Made by a program: the position numbers and the translations under genes
Notes under the pieces: model-generated
What the model was told of the DNA's origin: nothing
What the model saw: the letters and a program-made list of their open reading frames with translations, nothing else
The model's database searches: none
Assembly: GCA_963665275.2 (NCBI GenBank)
Contig: CAXXIN010000019.1
Span: forward strand, 96,001 to 160,000
DNA length: 64,000 nucleotides
Direction of reading: 5' to 3'
Source: Negativicutes bacterium
GTDB lineage: Bacteria > Bacillota > Negativicutes > UBA1444
Shown here: in pieces, positions 51,264 to 61,393 of the stretch
Position numbering within the stretch: the stretch's first letter is position 1
Layout: each line of letters opens with the position of its first letter

Positions 51264-52016
51264 TCACATCGCACAACGGATACATTCTTCGTACCCCTTG
51301 TGCTGGATGCATTGCAGCATCTCCTGCGCATTGCCGCTGCAGGAGAGTGTTCCCTGATACATCACGTGGGCGATATCCGCCGGCACGTACTGCAGGATAT
51401 GACCGGTATGGGTAATGATCAGACCGGACTGGGTCCGCTCGGCCCGTTGTTTACGCACCGGGGCCTGCCCTTCGGCGTGGCCGCGGGACAGGATTCGATT
51501 CACGGCCTCTCCGACCAAAGCGATATTTTCGATATCGACACCGGATTCCGGTTCGTCAAGCAACAATAGATTCGGCTGCTGCGCCATGAGCTGCAGCAGT
51601 TCCGAACGTTTGATTTCGCCGCCCGAAAATCCTTCGTTGACGTTGCGTTCCAAAAAGTCCGACATGTTCAGTCGCTCAGCCAACGCATCCGCATCCGCGC
51701 GCTGGTGGGAGCAGATCCCGACCATCTGGCGTACGGTAAGGCCACGCACTGTAGGAGGACGCTGGATCATGACGCCGATGCCGGACCGTGCCCGCTCATA
51801 GACCGGCGCAGCCGTGATATCGACGCCTTTGAACCAGATTTTACCTGCCGTGATCTGGAAACGGGGGAAACCCATGATGGCGCCGATCAGCGTAGACTTT
51901 CCCGTGCCATTCGGGCCGAACAGGGCATGCACCTGTCCCGGTTTGATTTCGAGGTTGACATCATGCAGAATCGGCTTGCCGGCAACCGACACCGCCAGGT
52001 TCTCAATCTTCAGCAT
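51264..52016 (-). CDS. SufC-family ABC ATPase (SmsC-type)
   Basis: GPNGTGKS, N.GFSGGEIKR.E, DEPESGVD, ITH, C-terminal SC...GYEECIRC. Confidence 0.88.
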   Translation of the reverse strand: MLKIENLAVSVAGKPILHDVNLEIKPGQVHALFGPNGTGKSTLIGAIMGFPRFQITAGKIWFKGVDITAAPVYERARSGIGVMIQRPPTVRGLTVRQMVGICSHQRADADALAERLNMSDFLERNVNEGFSGGEIKRSELLQLMAQQPNLLLLDEPESGVDIENIALVGEAVNRILSRGHAEGQAPVRKQRAERTQSGLIITHTGHILQYVPADIAHVMYQGTLSCSGNAQEMLQCIQHKGYEECIRCAM

Positions 52017-52037
52017 ATGTATGACCTCCTTGGTAGT

Positions 52038-54542
52038 TTATTTAGCGCCGCAACATTTCTTGTATTTCTTGCCGCTGCCGCAGGGGCACATCTCGTTACG
52101 TCCGACCGCTTCCTTCACCCGCACCGGTTCTTTGGGGCCGGCGGCTTCCTCACCGTGGCTCGCCGTCGCCTGCGCCAGCCGGTCCTCCGCTTGGGTCACG
52201 ATATTCACCCGGTAGATATAGCGGACGATATCTTCCTGAATATGCTCGATCATCTGACCGAACATATCAAAAGCTTCGATTTTGTATTCGATGAGCGGAT
52301 CTTTCTGCCCATAGGCCCGCAGACCGATGCCCTGCCGCAGCATGTCCATCGCGTCCAGGTGTTCCATCCACTTGGCGTCGACTACTTTCAGCATGACGAC
52401 CTTCTCCAGCTCCCGCATGTTGTCGGCGCCGAACAAGGCTTCGCGGCGGTCATAGTTTTCGTTGGCCGCATCCAGCAGATCTTCACGCAGTTCGTCGCGG
52501 CTCATATTCTCCATCTCGGATTTTTTCAGATCGCCTTCCGCCGCAAACAGGTCCACCGCGTACTCGATCAGTCCGTCGAAATCCCATTCTTCCGGGTGAA
52601 CCTTGGCATTGGCGAACAAATCCATGCCCTGGTCGATCAGTTTCTCGATCATGAAGAAAATATTCTCGCGCAGGTTTTCGCCGTGCAGAATCTGCCTGCG
52701 TTGTCCATAGATGACTTCGCGCTGCTGGTTCATGACATCGTCATATTCCAGCACGTGTTTACGGGTATTGAAATGCTGAGCTTCAACCTTCTTCTGCGCC
52801 TGCTCGATCGAGCGGGAGATCAGGGAATGTTCGATGGGTTCGTCTTCTTCCATCCCCAACTTGTCCATCAGCGAAGAGATATTATCCGCGCCGAACAGCC
52901 GCATCAAGTCGTCTTCCAGTGACAGATAGAAACGGGAAGAACCCGGATCGCCCTGACGTCCGGAACGGCCCCGCAGCTGATTGTCGATCCGGCGGCTTTC
53001 ATGCCGTTCCGTACCGATGATATGCAGCCCGCCAAGCGCCGGCACACCTTCGCCGAGCACGATGTCCGTGCCGCGGCCCGCCATGTTGGTCGCGATGGTC
53101 ACAGCCCCCGGCTGCCCCGCCTGCGAGATGATCTGCGCCTCCATTTCATGGAACTTCGCATTCAATACGTTATGCGGAACGCCCTGCCGCTTCAGCATCG
53201 ACGACAAGTCTTCCGACTGGACGATCGACGTCGTTCCCACCAGGACCGGCTGGCCTTTGGCATGCAGTTCGGCGATCTCCGCCACTGCCGCCTTGTACTT
53301 GCCCCGTTTCGTCTTGTAGATGACATCGGGGAAATCGACACGGACCATCGCCTGGTGAGTGGGGATCATGATGACATCCAGATGATAAATCTTGCGGAAC
53401 TCCTGCTCCTCAGTCTTCGCTGTCCCGGTCATGCCGGACAATTTTTTGTACATGCGGAAATAGTTCTGGAAAGTGATCGTGGCGAGAGTCTGGCTTTCGC
53501 GTTCGACCTTCACGCCTTCCTTGGCTTCGATCGCCTGATGCAGACCGTCCGAATAACGGCGGCCGAACATGAGACGTCCGGTGAACTCATCAACGATGAT
53601 GACTTCGCCGTCTTTCACCACATAATCCTTGTCCCGGTGCATCAGCGCATGCGCCCTGAGCGCCTGGTTGAAGTGATGCGACAGCTCCATGTTTTCGTTA
53701 TCATAAAGATTTCTGACATTCAGGGCCCGTTCCGCCTTGGCCACGCCAGCCTCTGTCGGCGCCACCGTGTGCAACTTTTCATCGACCGTGTAGTCTTCGC
53801 CTTCAGTCAATTTAGGCACCACTTTGGCCAGAACAAAGTAGAGATCCGTCGACTTTTCGCCCGGCCCGGAAATGATCAGCGGCGTCCGCGCCTCATCGAT
53901 CAGGATGGAGTCCACTTCGTCCACGATCGCGTAGTTCATCGGCCGCTGCACCATCTGTTCGGCATAAACGACCATATTGTCACGCAGATAATCGAACCCG
54001 AACTCATTGTTGGTCCCGTACGTGATGTCCGCAGCATATGCGGCCTTGCGGTCGTCGAAATCCAGTCCATGGGCGATCAGGCCCACCGACAACCCCATGA
54101 ACTTATAAATTTTTCCCATCCACTCGCTGTCGCGCTTCGCCAGATAGTCATTGACCGTGACGAGATGGACGCCTTTGCCTTCCAGTGCATTCAGGTACAC
54201 CGCCAGCGTTGCCACCAGCGTCTTGCCTTCGCCTGTCTTCATCTCGGCGATTTTTCCCTCATGCAGCGTCACGCCGCCGAGCAGCTGCACATCGAAGTGC
54301 CGCATGCCCGTGGTCCGGACTGATGCTTCCCGCACCGCCGCGAACGCCTCAGGCAAGAGTAGTTCCAACGTCTCGCCATTTTCCAGCCGCTGACGGAATT
54401 CCACCGTTTTCGCCGCCAAGGATGCGTCACTCAGTTTCTGCATCTCCGGTTCAAGCGCATTGATCCGTTCCACATATTCTTCCATGCGGCGGATCTCATT
54501 TTCATTATCATCACCAAATAGTTTTTTCAAAAATCCCAACAA
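52038..54542 (-). CDS. secA: Preprotein translocase ATPase SecA
   Basis: [52 protein letters not shown]. Confidence 0.99.
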   Translation of the reverse strand: MLGFLKKLFGDDNENEIRRMEEYVERINALEPEMQKLSDASLAAKTVEFRQRLENGETLELLLPEAFAAVREASVRTTGMRHFDVQLLGGVTLHEGKIAEMKTGEGKTLVATLAVYLNALEGKGVHLVTVNDYLAKRDSEWMGKIYKFMGLSVGLIAHGLDFDDRKAAYAADITYGTNNEFGFDYLRDNMVVYAEQMVQRPMNYAIVDEVDSILIDEARTPLIISGPGEKSTDLYFVLAKVVPKLTEGEDYTVDEKLHTVAPTEAGVAKAERALNVRNLYDNENMELSHHFNQALRAHALMHRDKDYVVKDGEVIIVDEFTGRLMFGRRYSDGLHQAIEAKEGVKVERESQTLATITFQNYFRMYKKLSGMTGTAKTEEQEFRKIYHLDVIMIPTHQAMVRVDFPDVIYKTKRGKYKAAVAEIAELHAKGQPVLVGTTSIVQSEDLSSMLKRQGVPHNVLNAKFHEMEAQIISQAGQPGAVTIATNMAGRGTDIVLGEGVPALGGLHIIGTERHESRRIDNQLRGRSGRQGDPGSSRFYLSLEDDLMRLFGADNISSLMDKLGMEEDEPIEHSLISRSIEQAQKKVEAQHFNTRKHVLEYDDVMNQQREVIYGQRRQILHGENLRENIFFMIEKLIDQGMDLFANAKVHPEEWDFDGLIEYAVDLFAAEGDLKKSEMENMSRDELREDLLDAANENYDRREALFGADNMRELEKVVMLKVVDAKWMEHLDAMDMLRQGIGLRAYGQKDPLIEYKIEAFDMFGQMIEHIQEDIVRYIYRVNIVTQAEDRLAQATASHGEEAAGPKEPVRVKEAVGRNEMCPCGSGKKYKKCCGAK

Positions 54543-54600
54543 CTTTAGATCACTCCTTTGCCTATCTAAGATATTTTATCAGAGTCCCCCGCAAAGTGCA

Positions 54601-54637
54601 AAAAAGCTGTGCCGAAACTTACGTTTCGGCACAGCCC
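54601..54637 (-). terminator. Intrinsic terminator after hpf
   Basis: GCTGTGCCGAAAC-loop-GTTTCGGCACAGC followed by TTTTT on the minus strand. Confidence 0.8.
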
Positions 54638-54674
54638 TTATTGGTTCAAGTTACGTCTGAGGTTCTTTCACCGG

Positions 54675-55203
54675 CTAAAATTCCGGCTCCAGAAGACCAT
54701 AGTGTCCATCCTTGCGGCGATAAACCAGATTCACCTGTTCCGACTCGATATTCAGAAACATGAAGAAATCGTGGTTCAGCAGATTCATCTGCAGAATTGC
54801 CTCTTCGGAATCCATCGGTTTGACCGCGAATCGTTTGCTCCTCACGAGAGTTTCCTCTTCGACATCCGGCACGGCCACCGCTTGAGGCCACATCGGCCCG
54901 GAATCCAGCGCCACGGAAGCGCTTCTCCAATTTGGTCTTGTGTTTTTCGATCTGTTTCTCGAGTTTGTCCATGACCTGGTCGATGGACGCATACATATCG
55001 GTAGTGGATTCTTCACCTCGAAGCAGGATTCCGTCGACAGGAACAGTAACTTCCACCTGATGACGGCCTTTTTCTACCCGGAGAATCACCGAAATGTCTC
55101 CTGTCTTGTCAAAATACTTCGTAACTTTTTTTACGCGTTTTTCCACATAATCTTTCAATGCAGGCGTAATGTCGAGATTTTTGCCGCGTACGTTAATAGC
55201 CAT
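54675..55203 (-). CDS. hpf: Long-form ribosome hibernation promoting factor (HPF/RaiA); one apparent +1 indel near 54890
   Basis: RGKN...T.AL..YV.K...DMYASID in one frame, KPM..EEAILQM.LL.HDF...VYRRKDG.YGL in the other; span 529 nt = 3n+1. Confidence 0.92.
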
Positions 55204-55239
55204 AAGACTCAGATCTCCTTTCCTGATCTATAGTACTAT

Positions 55240-55269
55240 TAATTCGCCATCACTCGCCAAAACTCCTGC
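55240..55269 (-). promoter_or_regulatory. Sigma-H-like promoter of hpf
   Basis: GCAGGAGTT-N12-GGCGAATTA; B. subtilis hpf (yvyD) also has a sigma-H promoter. Confidence 0.65.
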
Positions 55270-55288
55270 GAAAAATGAACGATCCCGT

Positions 55289-55486
55289 CTATAACTTTAC
55301 CACATGCGTAGCTTCCGGGTGATCCTCCGGAGACAGCACTTCATAGGCAACCGGTTGCCCAGCCTCCAGGCAGCGAAAGCCTCGCGCCTCGATGGCCGAA
55401 TAGTGCACGAATAGATCTTGTCCGTCCGCTTGCTGGATAAATCCGTACCCCCGCTCCGAACTGAACCATTTTACTTTTCCAGTCAT
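55289..55486 (-). CDS. Cold-shock domain protein
   Basis: GKVKWF...GYGFI (RNP1), DLFVHYSAI (RNP2); AGGAGG RBS. Confidence 0.93.
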   Translation of the reverse strand: MTGKVKWFSSERGYGFIQQADGQDLFVHYSAIEARGFRCLEAGQPVAYEVLSPEDHPEATHVVKL

Positions 55487-55694
55487 TAAATCTCCTCCTG
55501 TACAAATAAAATACCGACCGCGTAAAGCAGCCGGCACTTAAAAGTATAGACCACCTGGGAAGCAGTGGTAAACTCGGATATTTTCCCATATGTTTTTCTC
55601 AGGCCATATTCGAAGGACTTGTGAGGGTTTTACTGACCAAAAACACCTTATTCTTGGAAATTTCTATGAACCCGGGATAATAGAATTTTCGATA

Positions 55695-55723
55695 TAAAAA
55701 AGTCCGGACAATAGAGTCCGGAC
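55695..55723 (-). terminator. Terminator after the zinc-ribbon gene
   Basis: GTCCGGAC-TCTATT-GTCCGGAC-TTTTTT on the minus strand. Confidence 0.75.
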
Positions 55724-55765
55724 AGTAAATGCATTCATTAGGTAAGAAAAAGTTGAGTTCGCAGA

Positions 55766-56059
55766 TTACCCGCGGCTCGAGGTGAAGCAATCCCGGCACA
55801 GAATCGGCCGATCGTTGCGAGGTTTGAACGGAACTTGAGTCTCCGCTCCACACTGTGCGCATACGGCGTCATACATTTCGCGGGGTCCTGACGATGCTCC
55901 GCCACCATCGCGGCTGCGTTTCCGTACATCGCGGCAGTCTTTGCAACGGACCGGCTCATTCTCGAAGCCTTTTTCCGCATAGAATTGTTGTTCGCCGACG
56001 GTGAATACGAAGTCTTTGCCGCAGTCCTTGCACTTGAGTGTTTTGTCTTCGAAAGCCAT
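55766..56059 (-). CDS. Zinc-ribbon protein (zf-trcl-like plus CxxC-x17-CxxC domain)
   Basis: DKTLKCKDCG..FVFT.GEQ.FY.EKGF.NEP.RC..CR and A.CA.CG....VPF.P...RP..C..CF. Confidence 0.92.
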   Translation of the reverse strand: MAFEDKTLKCKDCGKDFVFTVGEQQFYAEKGFENEPVRCKDCRDVRKRSRDGGGASSGPREMYDAVCAQCGAETQVPFKPRNDRPILCRDCFTSSRG

Positions 56060-56097
56060 TAACCCAATCCCCTCACCTTGTTCGAAATTAAAGGACC

Positions 56098-56303
56098 TTG
56101 CTTAGCCGACCTGGTCTTTTACCCCACACTCGCCTGCTGGAAGGTTCGCTACCCCGGAATAATCCTCTCACTACTACTTCTCTCGGATCGGAATCCGGCA
56201 GGACTTATTTCTAAGCCGCACCATGCTCAAGGCCGCTTTGGGCCCCTTACGTGGATCGTTTCGCCTGCGACTGGCATCGATTTTCAACCACGGACCTAAG
56301 CAA
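56098..56303 (-). ncRNA. raiA-motif RNA
   Basis: Minus strand carries GTGGTTGAAA.TCGATGCCAGTCGCAGGC.AAACGATCCACGTAAG...GAGCATGGTGCGGCTTAGAA.TAAGTCCTGCCG...TAGCGAA.CTTCCAGCAGGCGAGTGTGGGGT.AAAGACCAGGTC, as I recall it from clostridial raiA RNA; closed by P1 TTGCTTAG/CTAAGCAA; about 900 bp upstream of hpf/raiA. Confidence 0.92.
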
Positions 56304-56320
56304 AAGTTCTTTACAAAACA

Positions 56321-56350
56321 ATTATATATCAGTTCTTCCAAATAAAGCAA
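56321..56350 (-). promoter_or_regulatory. Sigma-A promoter of the raiA RNA
   Basis: TTGCTT-N18-TATAAT with an AT-rich upstream region, just before P1. Confidence 0.7.
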
Positions 56351-56371
56351 GAAGAAGTGTGAAAATTATAT

Positions 56372-57502
56372 TTATACTGCCAGATCGATTTGCTGCATGA
56401 CGCCGGCAGTCCCGTTCTCCCGCAGGAACATCCCGCTGCGCCGGACTTGTCCCTGTAGGTCGTTGGCGGCATCCTTCACCGCAAATTCCGTGCTGACGTT
56501 CCCCAGATAGATCGCGCCGACGCCCGCCTGACCCAGCGCAACCAGCTGATCCTGGCCCGACTCGTCTTTCGTCCAGATCCGCAGTTTGTCGAAAATAGCG
56601 TCGTTCTCATCAATCCAGTTGTTGCCATCTCCGTCGAGCTGCGCCAGATCCGAGAACCCATTGCCGCTCTCCGGTCCGAACAATTCGCCGCCGTCGTTGA
56701 TCTTGCCATCGTTGTTGCGGTCAAGGGCCAAAAAGCCGCTGCCTGCTCCCGCGAACGAAATCTGCTCGGCGCTGCCATCTGAATCAATATCGAAACTGTA
56801 TTTCTGGTCCGTGAGCGTTCCCGGCGCGCCCGACAGGTTAATCACCAATGGATCGACCGGTTGGTCCCCTGCCCGCACACTTATATCCAGCCGCGATTCG
56901 AACTGTCGGCTCATCGACACATCCATCGCGAAGTTGATCTGGCGACCGTCCGCCGTCTTCACCACGCCAGAAGTCTGCATCGTAGTTGTTTCCTGCTCGG
57001 TGCGCGTCTGGTGCAGATCGTAGGAGAGGCCCCAGCCGAAATGCTTCGCAGGCGCAGCCTGAATGGTCTGCACCGCTGTTCCATTGGTCCCCTGCTGTGA
57101 AAAGTTGACCGCCGCTTGTTTATTAGCCCACGCGCTGGGATCCAGCACGCGCAGCTTCACCTTTTTGCCTGTCAGCATCTCAATCATTCTTTCGATCAGG
57201 GCGACTTTCTGTTGGTCCGCATCGCTTAGCTCATACACGGATGCCGTCCGGGTCCCGGCAACCGATTGCCCTTCCTGAGACTGCACCTGAATACTCGCCT
57301 GCACCTGTGACTGCACCTGTGACTGTGACTGCTCCGCCCAGAGGCTCTGCGCTTGGGCGGAAATTTTCAGCTGGTCCTGTCGGGTTGTCAGTTCCTGAGT
57401 CGGCTGCCCATCCCGCCAAGTTTTCAGCGACTCTTGCCGGCTTTCCTGTTCGACGAGACTGTGCTGACCGGCCATAGACATATTTGAACTGGTAATAATC
57501 AT
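56372..57502 (-). CDS. Flagellar-locus hypothetical protein with DxDxDG-type Ca-binding repeats
   Basis: DPLVINL, FDIDSDG, GSGFLALDRNNDGKINDGGELFG, DGDGNNWIDEND, QQIDL; no Sec signal. Confidence 0.75.
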   Translation of the reverse strand: MIITSSNMSMAGQHSLVEQESRQESLKTWRDGQPTQELTTRQDQLKISAQAQSLWAEQSQSQVQSQVQASIQVQSQEGQSVAGTRTASVYELSDADQQKVALIERMIEMLTGKKVKLRVLDPSAWANKQAAVNFSQQGTNGTAVQTIQAAPAKHFGWGLSYDLHQTRTEQETTTMQTSGVVKTADGRQINFAMDVSMSRQFESRLDISVRAGDQPVDPLVINLSGAPGTLTDQKYSFDIDSDGSAEQISFAGAGSGFLALDRNNDGKINDGGELFGPESGNGFSDLAQLDGDGNNWIDENDAIFDKLRIWTKDESGQDQLVALGQAGVGAIYLGNVSTEFAVKDAANDLQGQVRRSGMFLRENGTAGVMQQIDLAV

Positions 57503-57563
57503 CGCTATGCCCTCCTTGGTTTTCTTCACGGGGTAATCCTTCACCCCGTACTTGCAGATTCTG

Positions 57564-57911
57564 TTAGCTTCCCCGATTCATCAGGCTGCCCGCCGGAACC
57601 GCGGAAAAAGAGTCGTACGCATCGACAATGCGCTGTTGAATATGCGCCTGATTGGTCATCAATCGCAATCGTTGGGCAACGGCCTGTTCATCAACCTGGA
57701 TCGCCAGAAGTAAGGCCCGGCCCTTGGGAGAAGCGGCAAAACTGCTGTTGCCACAGTCTTCGATCAGTCTCTGCATCGCTTCACGTTGATCCATCAACGT
57801 GAAGAACATATCCCAATCCTGACGCACAACAAACTTAGCCATCTCCCTGGTTAGAAATGCATAATCTTGCCACAAAGCTTCCGAACTTTGACTCCTATCA
57901 AAAATTGTCAT
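57564..57911 (-). CDS. FliT-like flagellar chaperone
   Basis: 115-aa helical protein after fliS; DW..F..L...RE pattern. Confidence 0.6.
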   Translation of the reverse strand: MTIFDRSQSSEALWQDYAFLTREMAKFVVRQDWDMFFTLMDQREAMQRLIEDCGNSSFAASPKGRALLLAIQVDEQAVAQRLRLMTNQAHIQQRIVDAYDSFSAVPAGSLMNRGS

Positions 57912-57912
57912 A

Positions 57913-58305
57913 TCACTTACCGACCGCTTCGGGAATCCGAGCCGCCTTCATTGCCTGATGCCATGCATCGCGAAGTTCCGTGAGCAAGCCACGGGCCTCT
58001 ATCAACATATCCTTATCTTTCTTTAGATTCGCCTGAACCAATCGATAGTGAATGTACTCGTACAAAGCCGCCCAGTTTTGGGAAATCTCGTACTGCATAT
58101 CCAATGTGTAAATAAATTCACGAACTATATCCTGCGCCCGCAGGTTGGCGGTATGGCTTTTATTCAAATCATCGTTTTCCAGTGCCATGATGCTTTCACT
58201 GGCAAAACGGATCGCACCGTTATACAGCATGAGAGTCAGTTCGGCAGGCGATGCCGTCATGATCTGCTGGTTTTTATATGCCATAGCGGATGCTTTTGCG
58301 TCCAT
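57913..58305 (-). CDS. fliS: Flagellar export chaperone FliS
   Basis: TASP.EL.LMLY.GAI.F, AQ.I..E....LD, L.LYEY, ELRDAW. Confidence 0.95.
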   Translation of the reverse strand: MDAKASAMAYKNQQIMTASPAELTLMLYNGAIRFASESIMALENDDLNKSHTANLRAQDIVREFIYTLDMQYEISQNWAALYEYIHYRLVQANLKKDKDMLIEARGLLTELRDAWHQAMKAARIPEAVGK

Positions 58306-58360
58306 CACAATTCTCCTCACCCATTCCGATACTTAAAACCTCAGATTAACCTTATCCGGG

Positions 58361-59861
58361 TCAAGAACTACTCGAATTGGTACCCAATTGTTGCTGTAAC
58401 CAGCTGCTTTGGTTCGTAAGTTTGGTCAACGCAACCTCCATTGCATCAAACTGTTTGTAATAACGATCCTCAATCGCCGTGAGACGGGTATTCAGGTTGT
58501 ACATATCCTTGGTATAGGTATTGATTTTTTTTGCAAGACTGCTTTTGCTATCGTCGGAAGCGGATGCGCTGATGCCGGCCTCGGAGACAATACTATCCAT
58601 CGCCACCTTCAAGCTATCATACATACGAACCGATATTCCCTGCTCACTACTGCTTTCACCAGTCTTTCCGAATACATTTTTGACTGCGTCCGAATCAGCT
58701 GCCAGCGCTGTCCGCAATTTGCTTTCATCCAGATACAGTTTTCCGCCTTCGGTGTAGGTTCCTGTCGTGATCCCGATCGCAGAGGCCGAATTATACTGGC
58801 CGGAAACCCCCGACACAGGCGTGGATAGATTGCCTCTCACCTTATCGACCATTTGGCGGAGAATCGGATCATTTCGCAGCAACCCGCTTTTTGCCTTTGC
58901 TTCCCAAGCTGTGATATCCGCTTCCTTCATATCTGTTTTTTGCGTGTCGGTCAAGGGAGTATAATCTTTATACTTTGTTTCCCCAATTGCGGTATTCACC
59001 TTTTCCAGCAGTGCATTATAGGACTCGACATAAGCTTTGACATTAGCTACTGTTGTATCAATGTCCGAAGAAACCGCAACTTTTACAGGTGTTGCAGCCG
59101 ACCCACCGACCGATTTCAACGAATAGTTTACACCGGAAATGGTAAAGTCATTCGTTGATTTTGTGAGAGCAACTCCATCCAGACTGAATGAGGCATCCGA
59201 TCCAGTAGCAGCAGTCGTAGAGATTTTTAGGTTATTAGCCAAAAAATCCGTTCCGGCAACGTCACTACCGGCAAAACTGATCCCCGATGCAAGCACCGGT
59301 GTCCTTAGTTGAGAGGAAAAAGCGGTCAAGAGTTGCATCATAGCTGGCAGACACGTTGGTTCCCGAATTATTGATGCTGCTGACCAACTCATAGATACTC
59401 TTGCTCGAATCCACCCGCAATACTTTTTGTTGCTGTACCGTTGGTAATACTTATGTTAAAGGTCCCACTGATACCAAATTGATTGGCTAGCGTGTCTTTT
59501 ACCGTACCTGTTGTAATAGCCGCACTGCTTGTTTTTTTCACCCCATTCGGCCAATGCGGTTTACAACCAGGTCGTGGCTAAGATCGGCAGCCTCAGCATT
59601 CGCTTTGACCGTGACAACCGCCTCATTGCTGGACGCAGCCTTTTTCGGCGCTAACGTAGACTCCAGTTTGTTGTTGAAAACCTTGGTCCGGAATTCACTG
59701 ATCGCTTTGTACATCGTGTTGTAACTGGCTTTTTTCCATTCCAGTTGCGTCTTTTGCGAATACATTTTGTCGTATGGCACCCGACGGGCCGTCATTAAGC
59801 TTTTAACGGTTGATTCTATATCCAATCCAGATGATCCGAGATTCGAAATTCGTGTCGTCAT
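58361..59861 (-). CDS. fliD: Flagellar cap protein FliD, broken by four apparent +1 indels
   Basis: N-terminal GL.SG-like LDIE..V..LM; C-terminal Y.PLT..QK..M...W..KAKSGLLRND, RY.KQF.AME; removing single bases near 59560, 59546, 59414 and 59291 restores 499 codons. Confidence 0.88.
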
Positions 59862-59888
59862 AATGTTTTCTCCTTTCCCCCTGCTGAA

Positions 59889-60293
59889 TCAGACTTTTTT
59901 ATCCAGCAAGGCTCCTACCTGTTCGCTGATGGCCGCAATGGTATCCAGCAATTCATGCGAAGGAAACTCCTTCACAACTGCCCCTTTCGAATCTTTAACC
60001 TGAACCATCAATCGGCCGGTTTTTTCATGAATGGAAAAGCTGATATCCGTATTGAGGTTTTGCATGAACTTATTTAGCTCAGCCGTGACATTCTCCAGTT
60101 CAGCTCTACTCAATACCTTCTGCCGGCTGCCTTGTTCCGAATATTTTGCCGTATCCGTACCGGATTTAAGTTTGGTATCAGCCGTCGAGTTTACGGCTTC
60201 GGGGGCACTCGTGACAGATATTCCATTTTTTTGAACAGTACCAGAGTATGAGCCCACGCCAGCATCCTGCAGCGTCCCGAGATTCACATCCAT
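59889..60293 (-). CDS. flaG: Flagellar protein FlaG
   Basis: LN......T.I.F..HEKTGR..V.V.D....V.KEFP..E.LD...G.LLDKK. Confidence 0.9.
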   Translation of the reverse strand: MDVNLGTLQDAGVGSYSGTVQKNGISVTSAPEAVNSTADTKLKSGTDTAKYSEQGSRQKVLSRAELENVTAELNKFMQNLNTDISFSIHEKTGRLMVQVKDSKGAVVKEFPSHELLDTIAAISEQVGALLDKKV

Positions 60294-60353
60294 GTAAATC
60301 ACCTCAACTTAATTATTTGCGATTCCCATATGAATATATGGATTTCATTTATT

Positions 60354-60381
60354 GTATCGGCATTACTATGCTTTTTCTTTA
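60354..60381 (-). promoter_or_regulatory. Sigma-28 (FliA/SigD) promoter of flaG-fliDST
   Basis: TAAA-N16-GCCGATAC on the minus strand. Confidence 0.8.
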
Positions 60382-60467
60382 GCACTTTTTCCAAATTTTT
60401 AAATATTTTTTCGACGCAAACATTTTTGTATAAAAGAACCGGCAGCAAAGTGCCGATTCTTCATTTC

Positions 60468-60667
60468 TTATGCTTGAATGTCAATCGACGCTCCTAAAAA
60501 GGGTTGAACCGAACGTTTCCATGGTTTTAACCGATTCCCCAACTAGTGCTGCAATCTGTTCGCCCTGATTCGTTGCAACGTCCATGGCCATCTTCATAAC
60601 TGACAAACCAACCTGTTGCTGAACTTTCCCTTGATTCAGCAGCACCGACATGGCCTGCGATATCCAT
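60468..60667 (-). CDS. YjfB-family putative motility protein (two apparent +1 indels)
   Basis: Corrected read MDIAAMSVLLNQGKVQQQVGLSVMKMAMD...MERSVQPFLGASIDIQA; AAGGAGGTG RBS; terminator-like hairpin 60433-60461. Confidence 0.8.
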
Positions 60668-60740
60668 CGGATCACCTCCTTAAAAAAACAAAATATGAAG
60701 ATCTGTTTCCTATCATTTTGAACTACAAGAGTAAATGCAA

Positions 60741-61393
60741 CTAAATTCGAAGAAATTTTTTCCAAGATCTTTAATCCAATCAACCCACTTTTCTCCGGGT
60801 GAAACTGACACCCATACATTTTATTTTTGCGAATCGCCGCTACTATCTCATGCCCGCCATAACTACATTCTGCCAATCGACAACTTGCATCAACCGGAAT
60901 AGACGCGAACGAATGAACAAAATAAACCGCATTCATCGCCCTGGTTCCTTCCAGAATAGTACCTCTCCAGCAATCAGATCCTTGGTCAGCGGGAATGTGG
61001 AGACAATTCCAACCAACCTGCGGAACCCTGAGAGGCTCCCCTTGAACCGTGGTATCTGGAATACGGGTAACTTTTCCGGCTATGAGACCCCAGTCCCTTG
61101 TGCTCTCCAAACTCTTCGCCGACCTCCATCATCATCTGCATACCGAGGCAAATTCCCAAGAAAGGACGGCCTGTTGCGACATATCGAAGAATGGGTTCGA
61201 TCAACCCGGCGCTTCGCAGACCTTCCATCCCGTCGGCAAAAGCACCTACTCCCGGCAACACCAATCGTTCAGATTCCTCAATCGCCTGCGGCGAATCGGT
61301 CTGCAGCACCTCACTGCCAAGATGTTCAAAAGCCTGGCAAACGCTTCGCAGATTGCCGATTCCATAATCGATTATCGTAACGGTTGACGTCAT
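60741..61393 (-). CDS. HisH-like glutamine amidotransferase of a glycan-modification locus (apparent indels)
   Basis: IIDYGIGNL.SV, LPGVGAF, GICLGMQ in one frame; P.VGWN, YFVHSF, QFHPEKSG in another. Confidence 0.85.

Noticed and set aside
58361-59861. Phase variation or pseudogene status of fliD
   Set aside because: The runs are only 2-6 nt, too short for contingency loci, and share one insertion-biased error pattern.
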